Positions 1 to 9,726 of a stretch of 64,000 bases of DNA are shown here, in pieces. Source of the stretch: Candidatus Bathyarchaeota archaeon (lineage in GTDB: Archaea; Thermoproteota; Bathyarchaeia; Bathyarchaeales; Bathycorpusculaceae). A program made the translations under genes and the position numbers. The notes beneath the pieces were generated by a model that searched no databases, was not told where the DNA came from, and saw nothing but the letters and a program-made list of their open reading frames with translations. Where the stretch lies: positions 64,001 through 128,000 of the forward strand of contig CAWDYC010000004.1 of assembly GCA_963806535.1 (NCBI GenBank), read 5' to 3'. Position 1 is the stretch's first letter. Every line of letters starts with the position of its first letter.

Positions 1-210
1 ATGGAGAGCGGAGATTTTCTTACCTACATGCTAACAGCTAAAGGTGACATCCGCGCAGACATCATAAGTGGACAATTCAGTTGCGGAATAAATGACGATA
101 CAGATGCTAAAAGAGACCTATTAATTGACCAACAATTTTTAGAACTTGAAGCAATTAAAGAAAAGCGCAAAAAAGAGTTTGCAGAAAAGGCGCTATCAAA
201 CCATGATTAA
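1..210 (+). CDS. Hypothetical protein (possibly 5'-partial)
   Basis: ORF track; overlaps start of next ORF. Confidence 0.5.
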   Translation: MESGDFLTYMLTAKGDIRADIISGQFSCGINDDTDAKRDLLIDQQFLELEAIKEKRKKEFAEKALSNHD

Positions 211-307
211 CTGTGTCGTATGTAACTCTCAATTTGTGCCGATTGAGGGAGAAGATGTTTGCTCAAAATGTCGGCATGATTTCCGAGAGTTTGTTAAATC
301 TTGGTAA
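203..307 (+). CDS. 34-aa zinc-finger microprotein
   Basis: Hand translation MINCVVCNSQFVPIEGEDVCSKCRHDFREFVKSW, two CxxC pairs. Confidence 0.6.
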   Translation: MINCVVCNSQFVPIEGEDVCSKCRHDFREFVKSW

Positions 308-325
308 TCTTTAAGCTGTGAGATT

Positions 326-526
326 ATGACATACGAACAAGTAGTAAATCATAAAAAAGACCCTATAGAACATGTTAGAAATTTAGAATATTGTCCCAAG
401 TGCGGACGTACATTAATGGAACTGGATTTGAATGCTCCAAACGGAATCATAAACGACAAAAACGATGAGTTCCCATCTCTTAGATGTACAAGCTGCGGTT
501 TTGTAATCGCTCCAAAAATTTACTAG
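326..526 (+). CDS. Zinc-ribbon protein
   Basis: CPKC...CTSC. Confidence 0.65.
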   Translation: MTYEQVVNHKKDPIEHVRNLEYCPKCGRTLMELDLNAPNGIINDKNDEFPSLRCTSCGFVIAPKIY

Positions 527-537
527 GTTGATAAAAC

Positions 538-1078
538 ATGACTGAAAATTTTGATAATCCCAATAAAGTAACAATTAAGGTGGACACCTCATTAATTGAG
601 GAAAAATTTGAGGCTAGTAGAAGCTTTGCTTCAAAAGGAAGTTGATGAATTGAAAGAGTACAAATTGCAATCACGTAAAAGCGCTTTATTACCCAAATAC
701 CAGGATGAAGCAACAATTCAAAACATTGATACACTAGAAGCAATAAGCGAAAAAGAAAGGTTAGAACAACAATCAATTCCTAAAAAAGTATATGGTAACG
801 TACCGCCAAATTCAACTCAAGGCGGTCAAGGCGCTCCACAGAAAGGTTTTGAATCATACCCAGAAATGTATCTTAGCTTAAAAAATAAAGAAGCCATTGG
901 AGACCCAGAAAGCAAAGCAATTCTTGATAAGATGTTTGGTAAAATGCTTCAAGAAACCAAACAGTCAGGTATGCCCCTTAACATAGGTGACTTATCAGGT
1001 TTTAGCGACTTACCACTATCTCAATTACTGACAGAAAATTTTAGGTCAAAAATAAAACTATCAGGTGTTTTAGAATGA
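538..1078 (+). CDS. Hypothetical coiled-coil protein (start 538 needs one indel in A-run near 602; track ORF 596-1078)
   Basis: ATG at 538 just after previous stop; heptad-like L/E/K-rich segment. Confidence 0.55.
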
Positions 1079-1449
1079 AAGATATGAATGGAAAATATTA
1101 TATAAACTCGGTTGATGCACAAAACAATCAATGTAAAGATTACGCGCTTGAAAAGCATGGTTGGGTGGAAAGTTTTTCATCCTATGTTGTCATTGAGGGT
1201 GAAACTCCAGTCTGGATTCCAGAGAAAGGTTTTCCTTCAAAGTTGCGGCAGAAATCTAGCTATTTGAAACGCGTCTTTTCTGTTTCTGCTCCTAAATGCC
1301 CAGTTTGCGCCGAGAAAGCCGAAAGAAAATTAATTAAAACGGCTGACTGTGCAAGGCTCAGAACGCTTTCATTGAAAACTGGTATCTACGTTCGATTTTT
1401 CTGTGGGGGTAGCAACGGCGGCGGCGATTTCGTAACTTGGCTTAGGTAA
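1075..1449 (+). CDS. Hypothetical Cys-containing protein
   Basis: ATGA overlap with upstream ORF; CPVC motif. Confidence 0.6.
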   Translation: MKDMNGKYYINSVDAQNNQCKDYALEKHGWVESFSSYVVIEGETPVWIPEKGFPSKLRQKSSYLKRVFSVSAPKCPVCAEKAERKLIKTADCARLRTLSLKTGIYVRFFCGGSNGGGDFVTWLR

Positions 1450-1623
1450 TACTGATTCACCATGCTATCATTTAATCAGTGAAACTTTAATCTCTAAAGA
1501 AGAAATTTTCAATTTGTATCTTGAAGGCAAAATAGATTGGATTCGTGATTTTGCAATTTGCTTGATGATAGAGGAAAGGTTAGGAATCAACTTATGACCT
1601 CTACAGTCTAAAAATTAACGGTT

Positions 1624-1740
1624 GCGGGGTAGTCAAGTTTCTTCAGCTATCCCGCGCCAAGTCCTTTCTCTTAAGCTGTAGGTAGGATTACGGCACATCG
1701 TCATACACCACCTTTTGCCGTAATTCCTACCTTAAGCTGT
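1624..1740. repeat. Two GC-rich hairpins, the second flanked by 10-bp direct repeats CTTAAGCTGT
   Basis: GCGGGGTAG 1624-1632 / CTATCCCGC 1647-1655; AGGTAGGATTACGGCA 1680-1695 / TGCCGTAATTCCTACCT 1716-1732; DRs at 1670-1679 and 1731-1740. Confidence 0.8.
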
Positions 1741-1778
1741 TGAAAAAATTGACTAATGTAAGACAAAAGAAATTAGAT

Positions 1779-1883
1779 ATGCCTAAAGATTCAACATGTC
1801 CTTATTGCGGAAATGAAATTAGCCCAGCTGAATTTAGGAACTTAGGCGTTTGTAAAACTTGCTCAATTTTGAATTTCAGTTAA
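1779..1883 (+). CDS. 34-aa zinc-finger microprotein
   Basis: Hand translation MPKDSTCPYCGNEISPAEFRNLGVCKTCSILNFS. Confidence 0.6.
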   Translation: MPKDSTCPYCGNEISPAEFRNLGVCKTCSILNFS

Positions 1884-1891
1884 TTTCGCGG

Positions 1892-2068
1892 TTATATATA
1901 CTCAAGTTGTTTACCGCACATAGGGCAAACTATTGGATATGTGGTTTGTTTCATCATTAATTCAAATGTGCAAAGAAAACATAAGTAAATTTGGCATTTA
2001 GGACAATACTTGAAGCCACCGCCAATGAATTTTCCACATGCGTCACATGGACGCGTTAAATCTACCAT
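1892..2068 (-). CDS. C4C4 RING-like zinc-binding protein
   Basis: C-x2-C-x10-C-x2-C-x4-C-x2-C-x14-C-x2-C with final CPMC. Confidence 0.65.
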   Translation of the reverse strand: MVDLTRPCDACGKFIGGGFKYCPKCQIYLCFLCTFELMMKQTTYPIVCPMCGKQLEYI

Positions 2069-2291
2069 GCACATTTTGGCATTTATATATCATTTAAATT
2101 AGGCGTTGAAACGATATTCTTGAGGAGCGGAGAGCTAAGTGAAAGTGAAAGAGTGGCAAAAAAGCAAATGGTGGAGAAGTTATGATAAAGTCAAATCTCT
2201 TGAACAATCAATTGATCTCTTAATGTAGTGCCTGAACCTACGAAAGGGTCAAAAACCTTTTTAGTAAAATCAATGTTTATAATATTTTAAG

Positions 2292-2365
2292 CAGGGGTGG
2301 CGGGATTTGAACCCACGTCATAGGCTTAGCATGCCAATAGTCTGTCCGAGCTAACCTACACCCCT
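2292..2365 (-). tRNA. Atypical tRNA-like gene, anticodon GCT (nominally Ser) with a 4-nt variable loop
   Basis: Cloverleaf: acceptor AGGGGTG/CACCCCT, D stem GGTT/GACT, anticodon arm TTGGC-ATGCTAA-GCCTA, T arm GTGGG-TTCAAAT-CCCGC, discriminator G; CCA not encoded. Confidence 0.8.
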
Positions 2366-2510
2366 GCATTTCTTCTATTTGAACTCTTTTTTTCAGTCCT
2401 TCTGACTAATTTAAGCGATATTGTGTTGGGATTATTTAAAACAACCGAAATTTGCAAAAAAAGCGCAAGAGAGCAAAAACTAAAAGCTGAATTGCTCATA
2501 CTCGTTATGC

Positions 2511-3020
2511 TTGGCAGGTTGGAGAGAGAAGGTATCATTGAAACTTGACGATAACTATCTTTTGAGTCTTTTCTGCGTGACAATCTTTCTAATTCTGTCA
2601 TATAACTTACTTTTGTTTTCAGAGTTAGGGTTACTTGTAATTCCAGCAACTTTTGTTTTATTTGGTTATGTTCTTACGCTCATTTCTGCAACAAGAGCGA
2701 TTTATCCACAAGTCAGGAATCATAAATCTTACAAAATGCTAATGCTATTTGATGTTACGGCACTTGCTCAAATAGTTAGAAAGAAAATGAATGAAGTAAC
2801 GGGAGAAGGAAGAAAACATCGGCAAGATGCGATGGTCTATGGTACTGGTCTGCTTCCTTTTAGTGCCTTTTTCATAGCTACTTCAACTGAGGAAAAGACA
2901 AACGCCTTTTATTTCATTTTTTCAATTTCTTGGATTCTGTTTGGCTTCTCTATTCTTTTAATTGGTTATGGTTTTTATGATTCTGAAAAGTGCAGAAAAT
3001 GGTTGCATATTGACAGTTAG
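2511..3020 (+). CDS. Hypothetical membrane protein (about 4 TM)
   Basis: Hydrophobic segments in ORF. Confidence 0.6.
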   Translation: MAGWREKVSLKLDDNYLLSLFCVTIFLILSYNLLLFSELGLLVIPATFVLFGYVLTLISATRAIYPQVRNHKSYKMLMLFDVTALAQIVRKKMNEVTGEGRKHRQDAMVYGTGLLPFSAFFIATSTEEKTNAFYFIFSISWILFGFSILLIGYGFYDSEKCRKWLHIDS

Positions 3021-3144
3021 AATCAAAAGCTTCAAGAAGAAAAATATTAGATGCAAAAACTTAAAATCGTATATCAAAAATTCATCAAATATAAATACTT
3101 AAACAGATAATATCGTGAAACTAACAAGATAGGGGTAGATAAAA

Positions 3145-3642
3145 TTGAAAAAATCCGTCTTACTAATTATTATTGGGCTATTGACAGTAATTTTATTTTC
3201 ATGTAGTGTACTAAGTGTAAATGCCTTACAATCGAATGAATGGAGTTGGACATATACTCTATCAAGCACAACGTATTATCAAGGAGATAGCGGAACTATC
3301 ACTATTACTTTTACAAGCAATTGTCCTGACCAATTGCAATTAAGTTCTTTAAGCGTTCAATTTGACTGGATGACAACACCAATCACTGAGACAGTGAATT
3401 CACCATACATTGCAACTGGCAATCAATATACTTTCTCTGCCATTAGTTTCAGCATTCCTTCCGATGCAACCGTAAAAATAAAATTAGGAATTATTTTTAG
3501 CTCGAAACCGCCTTATGTATTGCTTTTTGGTGTTTTTGCATGTATTTATAAGAAAAATATGGCAAAAAGCGTAATTATTCGAAGCAATTGTTTAAGTTCA
3601 TTCATATTTTCTATATTACACACTAGTTTAAGATGGAAGTGA
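3145..3642 (+). pseudogene. Secreted Ig-like protein, apparently truncated near 3473
   Basis: Signal peptide plus S/T-rich beta sequence, then run-on through promoter-like AT-rich DNA. Confidence 0.5.
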
Positions 3643-3646
3643 AAAA

Positions 3647-4686
3647 ATGAGCAACCAAAAACCGAAAGAAGCATTGAATTACAATTCATTGATAAAAAAA
3701 ATTGCTGAAAATGGGGATTTGTGCGTTTTAGGCATGAAAGGCTGTTGTAAAACGACTTTGTTAATGCACTTAGCGCGGACGATAAGAGAAGATAGCAAGA
3801 ACCGTTTAATCATATTTGAGACCTTCCCAAAATGGTGCAAGGAATTTGATAAAATAGCCTACATGACAATAAGAGACAGTGACATTCAAGAAAAAGAGAA
3901 TTTGCCGTTCTTGGAAGAAGACAAATCTTATATCATGTGGTCTAAGGATTTTACAGTTTCAAACGCTGAAGGAATAACGGAATTTCTGAAGACAAACAAA
4001 GACGTTCTTTTCTTAATCGAAGCTGAAGACATGGAGCGCATAAGCGCTTTCATGACGTTCATTATTTATAGCATCTACAGAAAGCAATACTTGAGAGCTA
4101 AAGCTGGAAACTTAGAGATCGTAATGAGAATTATTAGTTTATTTGTGAGGAAGCGCATAATTTACTTGATTCAACAGTTCTAGCTAAGAAGACTTTCAAC
4201 CGCTTAAGAAAGATGCAGGCGGAATTTAGAAACTTGAAAATGCATTTAATTTGTGTGACCCTTCGCTTACAGTCTCTTAGCCCTAAGATAAGAAGCACAA
4301 TGTCAATTTTATGCTCAAGAGTAAGCCTAGATGACTATCAGCTTAAAGTTCGTAATCTCTTAAGAAACAGCGAATACAGAGATGTTATTACAGAATTGCC
4401 AAAAGGTCAATTTGTCTTTCCAGAATTAGACCTTCTTTTGACTACAGAACCCTTTAAGCAAGTCGGCGCGCCTTATGAAGTTAAAGCACAGATTCAACAG
4501 TCACAACCACAAAAGAAAGTAGGCTTTTGGAAAGCTTTATGGAATTTCGAGAAAGCCAATTATGAAGCGGGCAAAAGAAAGTATGAAGCTACACACGGCA
4601 ATCGAGAACCCTTACAAAGTGAAGAAGAGCAAGAATCTGAAGACGAGGAAATGGACGATTTACTTCTTGGAGAAGTAGATGAATAA
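3647..4686 (+). CDS. FtsK/HerA-superfamily P-loop ATPase (one frameshift near 4120)
   Basis: Walker A-like GMKGCCKTT; in second frame Walker B ICEEAHNL and FRNLKMHLICVT (Arg-finger/sensor region); acidic C-terminus. Confidence 0.7.
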
Positions 4687-4887
4687 TTCAAGAGTTTTTT
4701 GTTACGTAACATTAAAAAAGGATGTATGAAGAAACATGAACCAAAACAACCAAAATAGAAAGCAGAATAGAAGGTAAAAGTATGATATTTGCTGAAGCAT
4801 CAAATATTAAAAACATAAATCTTTGCTTTAGAAATATCTTTAAATATAAAATTATTGGTGACTAAAGTGCACAGAAGGTTAACCTGT

Positions 4888-6516
4888 ATGCGAAGCGACG
4901 AAATAAAAAAAGGAATAGAAAAAGCGCCCCACCGAGCGCTCCTAAAATCATTAGGTTTACAAGACGATGACATAGCAAAGCCACTAATCGGTGTAGCAAA
5001 CAGCTACACAAACATCGTTCCTGGGCATATCCATCTCCGAACTATAGGTGAAGCTGTAAAAGAAGGCATCCTATCTGCAGGAGGAATACCATTCGAATTC
5101 AGCACAATCGCAGTATGCGATGGCATTGCAATGGGGCACGAAGGCATGCGTTACTCCCTACCTTCAAGAGAAATAATCGCTGACTCCGTAGAGATTATGC
5201 TTCAAGCCCATAGCTTAGACGGGCTGGTCATGATTTCAAATTGCGACAAAATCACCCCCGGCATGCTCATGGCAGCTGCAAGAGTCAACGTTCCATCTAT
5301 AATGGTTACAGGTGGACCAATGGCGGCAGGCCATCACCATGGGAAAAAAATAAGTTACTCAAATATGCCCGAAGCGCTTGGGCAAGTAGCCGCTGGAAGA
5401 ATGTCCAATGGTGAACTGCTTGAGATGGAAGAAAACGCTTGTCCAGGATGCGGTTCCTGTAGCGGAATGTTCACTGCAAACACGATGTCCTGTATGACCG
5501 AAGCACTTGGTTTGTCGTTGCCTTACTGCGCAACTTCTCTTGCAAATAGTGCATTCAAGCTTCGATTATCCAGAGCTACAGGCAAACAAATCATAAAACT
5601 AGTCAAAGATGACCTTAAACCTTCACAAATCCTGACCATGGAAGCCTTTGAAAATGCCATTGCACTGGATATGGCACTAGGAGGTTCAACCAACACAACT
5701 CTGCATCTGCCAGCCATCGCCAAAGAAGCAGGCTTAACTCTGCCGCTATCAACCTTTGATGCAATCGGCAGAAAAGTTCCCCACCTATGCAGTATGATTC
5801 CAAGCGGAGACTTTGCGCTTGAGGATTTGGATGCAGCAGGTGGAGTTCCAGCAGTTATGAATGAACTCAATGGTTTGCTTCACTTAAAACTACCCACCGT
5901 GTCAGGTAAAACTGTCGGCGAAAACATCAAAAACGCACAGGTTCTTGACCGAAATGTCATCCATTCCTTAAAAGACCCTGTTCACAAAGAAGGTGGCATC
6001 GCCATCTTAACGGGTAACCTCGCACCAAAGGGTTCAGTTATCAAGACTGCAGGTGTATCACCTAAAATGCAGAATCACACAGGTCCAGCCAAAGTCTATG
6101 ACTCAGAAAAAGAAGCCCTGACTGCTATCCGCGCCAACGAAATCAAACCAGGCGACGTTGTGGTCATTCGCTATGAGGGTCCCCGTGGCGGACCCGGTAT
6201 GCCTGAAATGCTATTTCCAACAGCAACCATCGCAGGGATGGGGCTTGCCGAAAGCGTTGCCTTAATCACGGACGGACGCTTCTCAGGCGCAACCCACGGC
6301 GGAAGCATCGGACACGTTGCCCCAGAAGCTTTCGATGGTGGTCCAATCGCGGTTCTCAAAAATGGAGACACAATAACTATCGACATTCCGAACCGAACTC
6401 TAAGAGTTGAGTTAACCGACAAAGAGCTAAACACACGTCTAGCAGCTTGGAAACCCAGATTACCAAAAATAACAAAAGGCATTTTGTCCAGATACAAGCC
6501 AATTTCAATTGAATAA
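4888..6516 (+). CDS. ilvD: Dihydroxy-acid dehydratase
   Basis: CDGIAMGH, NCDKITPG, CSGMFTANTM, YEGPRGGPGM, TDGRFSG motifs. Confidence 0.97.
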   Translation: MRSDEIKKGIEKAPHRALLKSLGLQDDDIAKPLIGVANSYTNIVPGHIHLRTIGEAVKEGILSAGGIPFEFSTIAVCDGIAMGHEGMRYSLPSREIIADSVEIMLQAHSLDGLVMISNCDKITPGMLMAAARVNVPSIMVTGGPMAAGHHHGKKISYSNMPEALGQVAAGRMSNGELLEMEENACPGCGSCSGMFTANTMSCMTEALGLSLPYCATSLANSAFKLRLSRATGKQIIKLVKDDLKPSQILTMEAFENAIALDMALGGSTNTTLHLPAIAKEAGLTLPLSTFDAIGRKVPHLCSMIPSGDFALEDLDAAGGVPAVMNELNGLLHLKLPTVSGKTVGENIKNAQVLDRNVIHSLKDPVHKEGGIAILTGNLAPKGSVIKTAGVSPKMQNHTGPAKVYDSEKEALTAIRANEIKPGDVVVIRYEGPRGGPGMPEMLFPTATIAGMGLAESVALITDGRFSGATHGGSIGHVAPEAFDGGPIAVLKNGDTITIDIPNRTLRVELTDKELNTRLAAWKPRLPKITKGILSRYKPISIE

Positions 6517-6890
6517 ACCAAAATTAATAAACAAATATGAGAAAGGGCTGCCACATGCTCCCTTTTTTTACCAGAGGCTGCACATGCCCCTGCCATAGAC
6601 GTATTGGTAACTGTTCTGCGTTGAACCGAAGGGTTCTATTTTTGCTGTGGGTAAACGTCGTTTGTTTTTGTGTTTCCTTTGCTTTGTTTGAAATGTAATG
6701 TTGTTAATACATTAGTTTGTGCCCCCAACTCCAGATGTCACGTTTCCCTTCTCAACATGCCTAGCAGTTGTTGTAGTGCTGTAACTACTGCAAACACTTT
6801 TACAATTAAAAACTTCTATTTCTTGTGTACGCTTAAATCCAAGAACGTTACGATTCTTGATGAAAAAAATATCGGGTTGGAAGTGATTTT

Positions 6891-7241
6891 GTGGTTTGCG
6901 TTGAAGGTTTCCAATTAGATGCTACACAAATAAACGAAAAAAAACTCATTAAGGCATGGAAGACTATATCGAGCAAGCCACTGCCTAAAATTAAAGCACT
7001 CAAATTAAGCGATGAGGATTTTGAGCACATAATTCATCAGAGGCGCTGCATCGAAGATGAATGTCGAGAAATTGAAGAGTGGGGCAAAATTCTTCCAGCC
7101 AAAGGCACAGATGCCTGCGTCTTTAATGCTCAAGAAACCAAAGACGCCGAATACATCATACTGGTCAGGGAAAATCCATATCACAGTTTAGATGAAATTA
7201 TTGTCCACGAATTATCGCATATTGCGCGCGGAGACCTCTAG
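6891..7241 (+). CDS. Hypothetical protein with C-terminal HExxH motif
   Basis: IIVHELSHIA. Confidence 0.6.
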   Translation: MVCVEGFQLDATQINEKKLIKAWKTISSKPLPKIKALKLSDEDFEHIIHQRRCIEDECREIEEWGKILPAKGTDACVFNAQETKDAEYIILVRENPYHSLDEIIVHELSHIARGDL

Positions 7242-8212
7242 CTCATTTTGTCAATAACCTCTTCAGCAAATAGTTTAAGCCCATCGAGCTTTGGCAACTC
7301 ACTGAAAAACAGCATAAAGCAGGTCACACCTAAATCGACATAAACTTTTAACTGCTCAATGCATTCATCAGCCGTTCCAGCCAAGACGTTTTTTCTAAAA
7401 TCTTCTAACTTGACATTTGCAGGCTTTTGCTCAGAAATCTTTTCATTTAACTCTTTATGGTTATGTGCAATTATCACTTGCCCGCCAGGCCAGCAGGATT
7501 TCTCAATGTTATTAAAATTTCTGCCAACTGCTTCGCATTGTTTCTTCAAAACCCCGAGTTTACGCTTATACTCTTCAGTAGATGGCAAGAAACCCCAATC
7601 AAACCTATCAGCATACGGCGCAGTCGCTTTCTGCATTAACAATTCACCGCTGCCGCCAACAGTTATAGGTGGATATGGTTTCTGCAACGGTTTAGGCTCG
7701 CAAACCGCATTTTTCAGTCGGTAATATTTTCCTTGATAATTTGATTTCTCTTGCGTCCAAAATTGCCTTATTACTTCCAACGACTCTGCTAATCGCTCAA
7801 TTCTAACTGTGGATGTTGAAAAATCAAAACCATACGCGTCGTGCTCGGCTTGTTGAGTGCCTGCTCCAATGCCGAATTCTAACCTGCCGCCTGATAAGAA
7901 GTCAAATGTTGCAGCCATCTTTGCAAGCAATGCTGGATTTCGGTGTGCGGTGCACGAGACCATCGTTCCCAATCGAATCTTGCTGGTTAATGAGGATAGT
8001 GCGGAAAGGGTTGTCCAGCACTCAAGAATAGACCAATCATTGTACATTAGATGGTCGTCTAGCCAAATTGAGTGATAGCCTAAACGTTCACACTCTAAAA
8101 CAATGTTGTGGATGAGATGGAAATGTTCGTTGGGCTCTTTAGCTTGGAATGTGTAGAATGGAAGGAACACTCCGAATTTGAGTTTGCCCAAGCCATGCCT
8201 CCAAGCTGACAA
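7238..8212 (-). CDS. LLM-class (probably F420-dependent) oxidoreductase
   Basis: SIWLDDHL, RNPALLAKMAAT, SGGRLEFGIGAG, PKPLQKPYPPI. Confidence 0.9.
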   Translation of the reverse strand: MSAWRHGLGKLKFGVFLPFYTFQAKEPNEHFHLIHNIVLECERLGYHSIWLDDHLMYNDWSILECWTTLSALSSLTSKIRLGTMVSCTAHRNPALLAKMAATFDFLSGGRLEFGIGAGTQQAEHDAYGFDFSTSTVRIERLAESLEVIRQFWTQEKSNYQGKYYRLKNAVCEPKPLQKPYPPITVGGSGELLMQKATAPYADRFDWGFLPSTEEYKRKLGVLKKQCEAVGRNFNNIEKSCWPGGQVIIAHNHKELNEKISEQKPANVKLEDFRKNVLAGTADECIEQLKVYVDLGVTCFMLFFSELPKLDGLKLFAEEVIDKMS

Positions 8213-8268
8213 TTTATAAATTAAGGTTAATTGGGGGGCAGGAAAGTAATTAGGCTTTAGATAGCTGC

Positions 8269-9726
8269 TTAAGATTTAGCGGGTGCCTGTTTTCTTACGT
8301 CCCTTCCCCTAATGTAGGAGAATACCCCCGCAATCGCCAAAATAGCTATAGAAGCGTAAAACGCATGGTCTATGCCCGATATGAAGGCTTGGCTTACGCT
8401 GCCCGATAGGCTTTTTGTTCCGACAAACACTTCAAAAGCAACTTGCCTAGGTATCGACGCTGCAGCAACCGAGATTGCTAAAACATAGCTGCCGACTAAC
8501 CCAATGTTTTGTACGGTTCGCAATAAGCCAGAGATGCTGCCATATGAACCTGCTCTTGCATTCGCCATTACAGCACTGTTGTTGGCTGGGAAAAACATAG
8601 AGGTTCCAATGCCTGAAATTGCTGAAGCGAGAAGCACAATATAGAGCGGGGAAGTGGCTCCCAGAGTCAAATAAACGAAGACCGCTACGGCTAAAAAGAA
8701 TATTCCTAATGTTGCGATTTCTCTTGAACCGTATTTGTCAGACAGTCTGCCCATTATTGGACCAAGAAAACTGCCTGCGACATACCCAGGAACCAATAAC
8801 AATGAGGCGTTGAGCGGTGTGAGAGCTCTTATTCCCTGCAAATACATTATTACAAGAAATATCACAGAGAAGTAGCCAACGCTGGTGAAGAAAGCTGACA
8901 AGATGGCGTTCCGCAAAACCTTGATTTTTAAGGCTTCAAAATCAATTAAGGAATTTTCAATACTTCGGTCATACAATATGAAGACAGGTATCAGGGCTGC
9001 TCCAATAACCGCTAAAATAATGCTTAAAGCGCTGATTCCGTTTGCTGCGAAATCTACCAATCCAAAAGACAGTAATACTAATGCTGACGCAAGCAGTCCC
9101 ATTCCAACAAGGTCTAGTTTGGTTGCGGGTCTTTTTTCTATATCTTTGAGGTATTTTAATCCCACAATTACTGCGACTATGCCGATTGGAATGTTTATGA
9201 AGAAAATGAATTGCCAGCTGATATAACTGGTAATTATTCCGCCTAGTACAATGCCAAGTAATGCTCCGGCTGTGAAGCCCAGTGAGTTGTAACCGTAGGC
9301 TCTGCCGCGTTTTTCCCTGGGAAAATAATCCGCTATTATTGCACCGCTGGTTGCTTGCATGATGGCTCCACCTACCGCCTGCACAACTCTGAAGCCAATT
9401 AGTGAGTAAATGTGAGGTGAGAAGCCGCATAGTGCTGAACCAATGGTGAAAATTACAAAGCCTGAGTTGAATATTTTGCTTCTGCCGTATATGTCTCCTA
9501 TTCTTCCCATCTGAGTGGTTGCAACGGCAAGGACGAGTAAATAAGCAAGAATAATCCACAGTGACGTGGCTAGGTCTGATTTTAGGCTGTCATTTATGAC
9601 TGGAAAGGCAAGTAGAACGATGGTGCTGTCCAATGCCCCCATAAGCGTTCCAAGCATGACAATACCTAACACTATGTTGCTATGTTTGGGCGAATTGGAA
9701 ATCGGTACATTAGGTGCTTGTTGCAT
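8269..9726 (-). CDS. MFS transporter, DHA2 (EmrB/QacA-like)
   Basis: LDSTIV, GRIGDIYGR motif A, about 14 TM. Confidence 0.9.
   Translation of the reverse strand: MQQAPNVPISNSPKHSNIVLGIVMLGTLMGALDSTIVLLAFPVINDSLKSDLATSLWIILAYLLVLAVATTQMGRIGDIYGRSKIFNSGFVIFTIGSALCGFSPHIYSLIGFRVVQAVGGAIMQATSGAIIADYFPREKRGRAYGYNSLGFTAGALLGIVLGGIITSYISWQFIFFINIPIGIVAVIVGLKYLKDIEKRPATKLDLVGMGLLASALVLLSFGLVDFAANGISALSIILAVIGAALIPVFILYDRSIENSLIDFEALKIKVLRNAILSAFFTSVGYFSVIFLVIMYLQGIRALTPLNASLLLVPGYVAGSFLGPIMGRLSDKYGSREIATLGIFFLAVAVFVYLTLGATSPLYIVLLASAISGIGTSMFFPANNSAVMANARAGSYGSISGLLRTVQNIGLVGSYVLAISVAAASIPRQVAFEVFVGTKSLSGSVSQAFISGIDHAFYASIAILAIAGVFSYIRGRDVRKQAPAKS

Larger units (their letters stand above)
1..4700. 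mobile_element. Right-hand part of a probable integrated virus/plasmid-like element (boundaries approximate, left end outside window)
   Basis: AT-rich, dense small ORFs without housekeeping similarity, several CxxC microproteins, FtsK/HerA-like ATPase, divergent tRNA; switches abruptly to ilvD. No integrase or att pair visible. Confidence 0.6.

Noticed and set aside
2291-2367. Pyrrolysine or amber-suppressor tRNA (CTA occurs in the loop)
   Set aside because: With the GGC/GCC stem the 7-nt loop ATGCTAA centres on GCT with U33; D and T arms are standard, unlike tRNA-Pyl.
6545-6790. Short repeat GGCTGC(C)ACATGC and an imperfect hairpin at about 6763-6790 after ilvD
   Set aside because: Only two short copies and a weak stem; could be chance, a terminator region or part of a small ORF.
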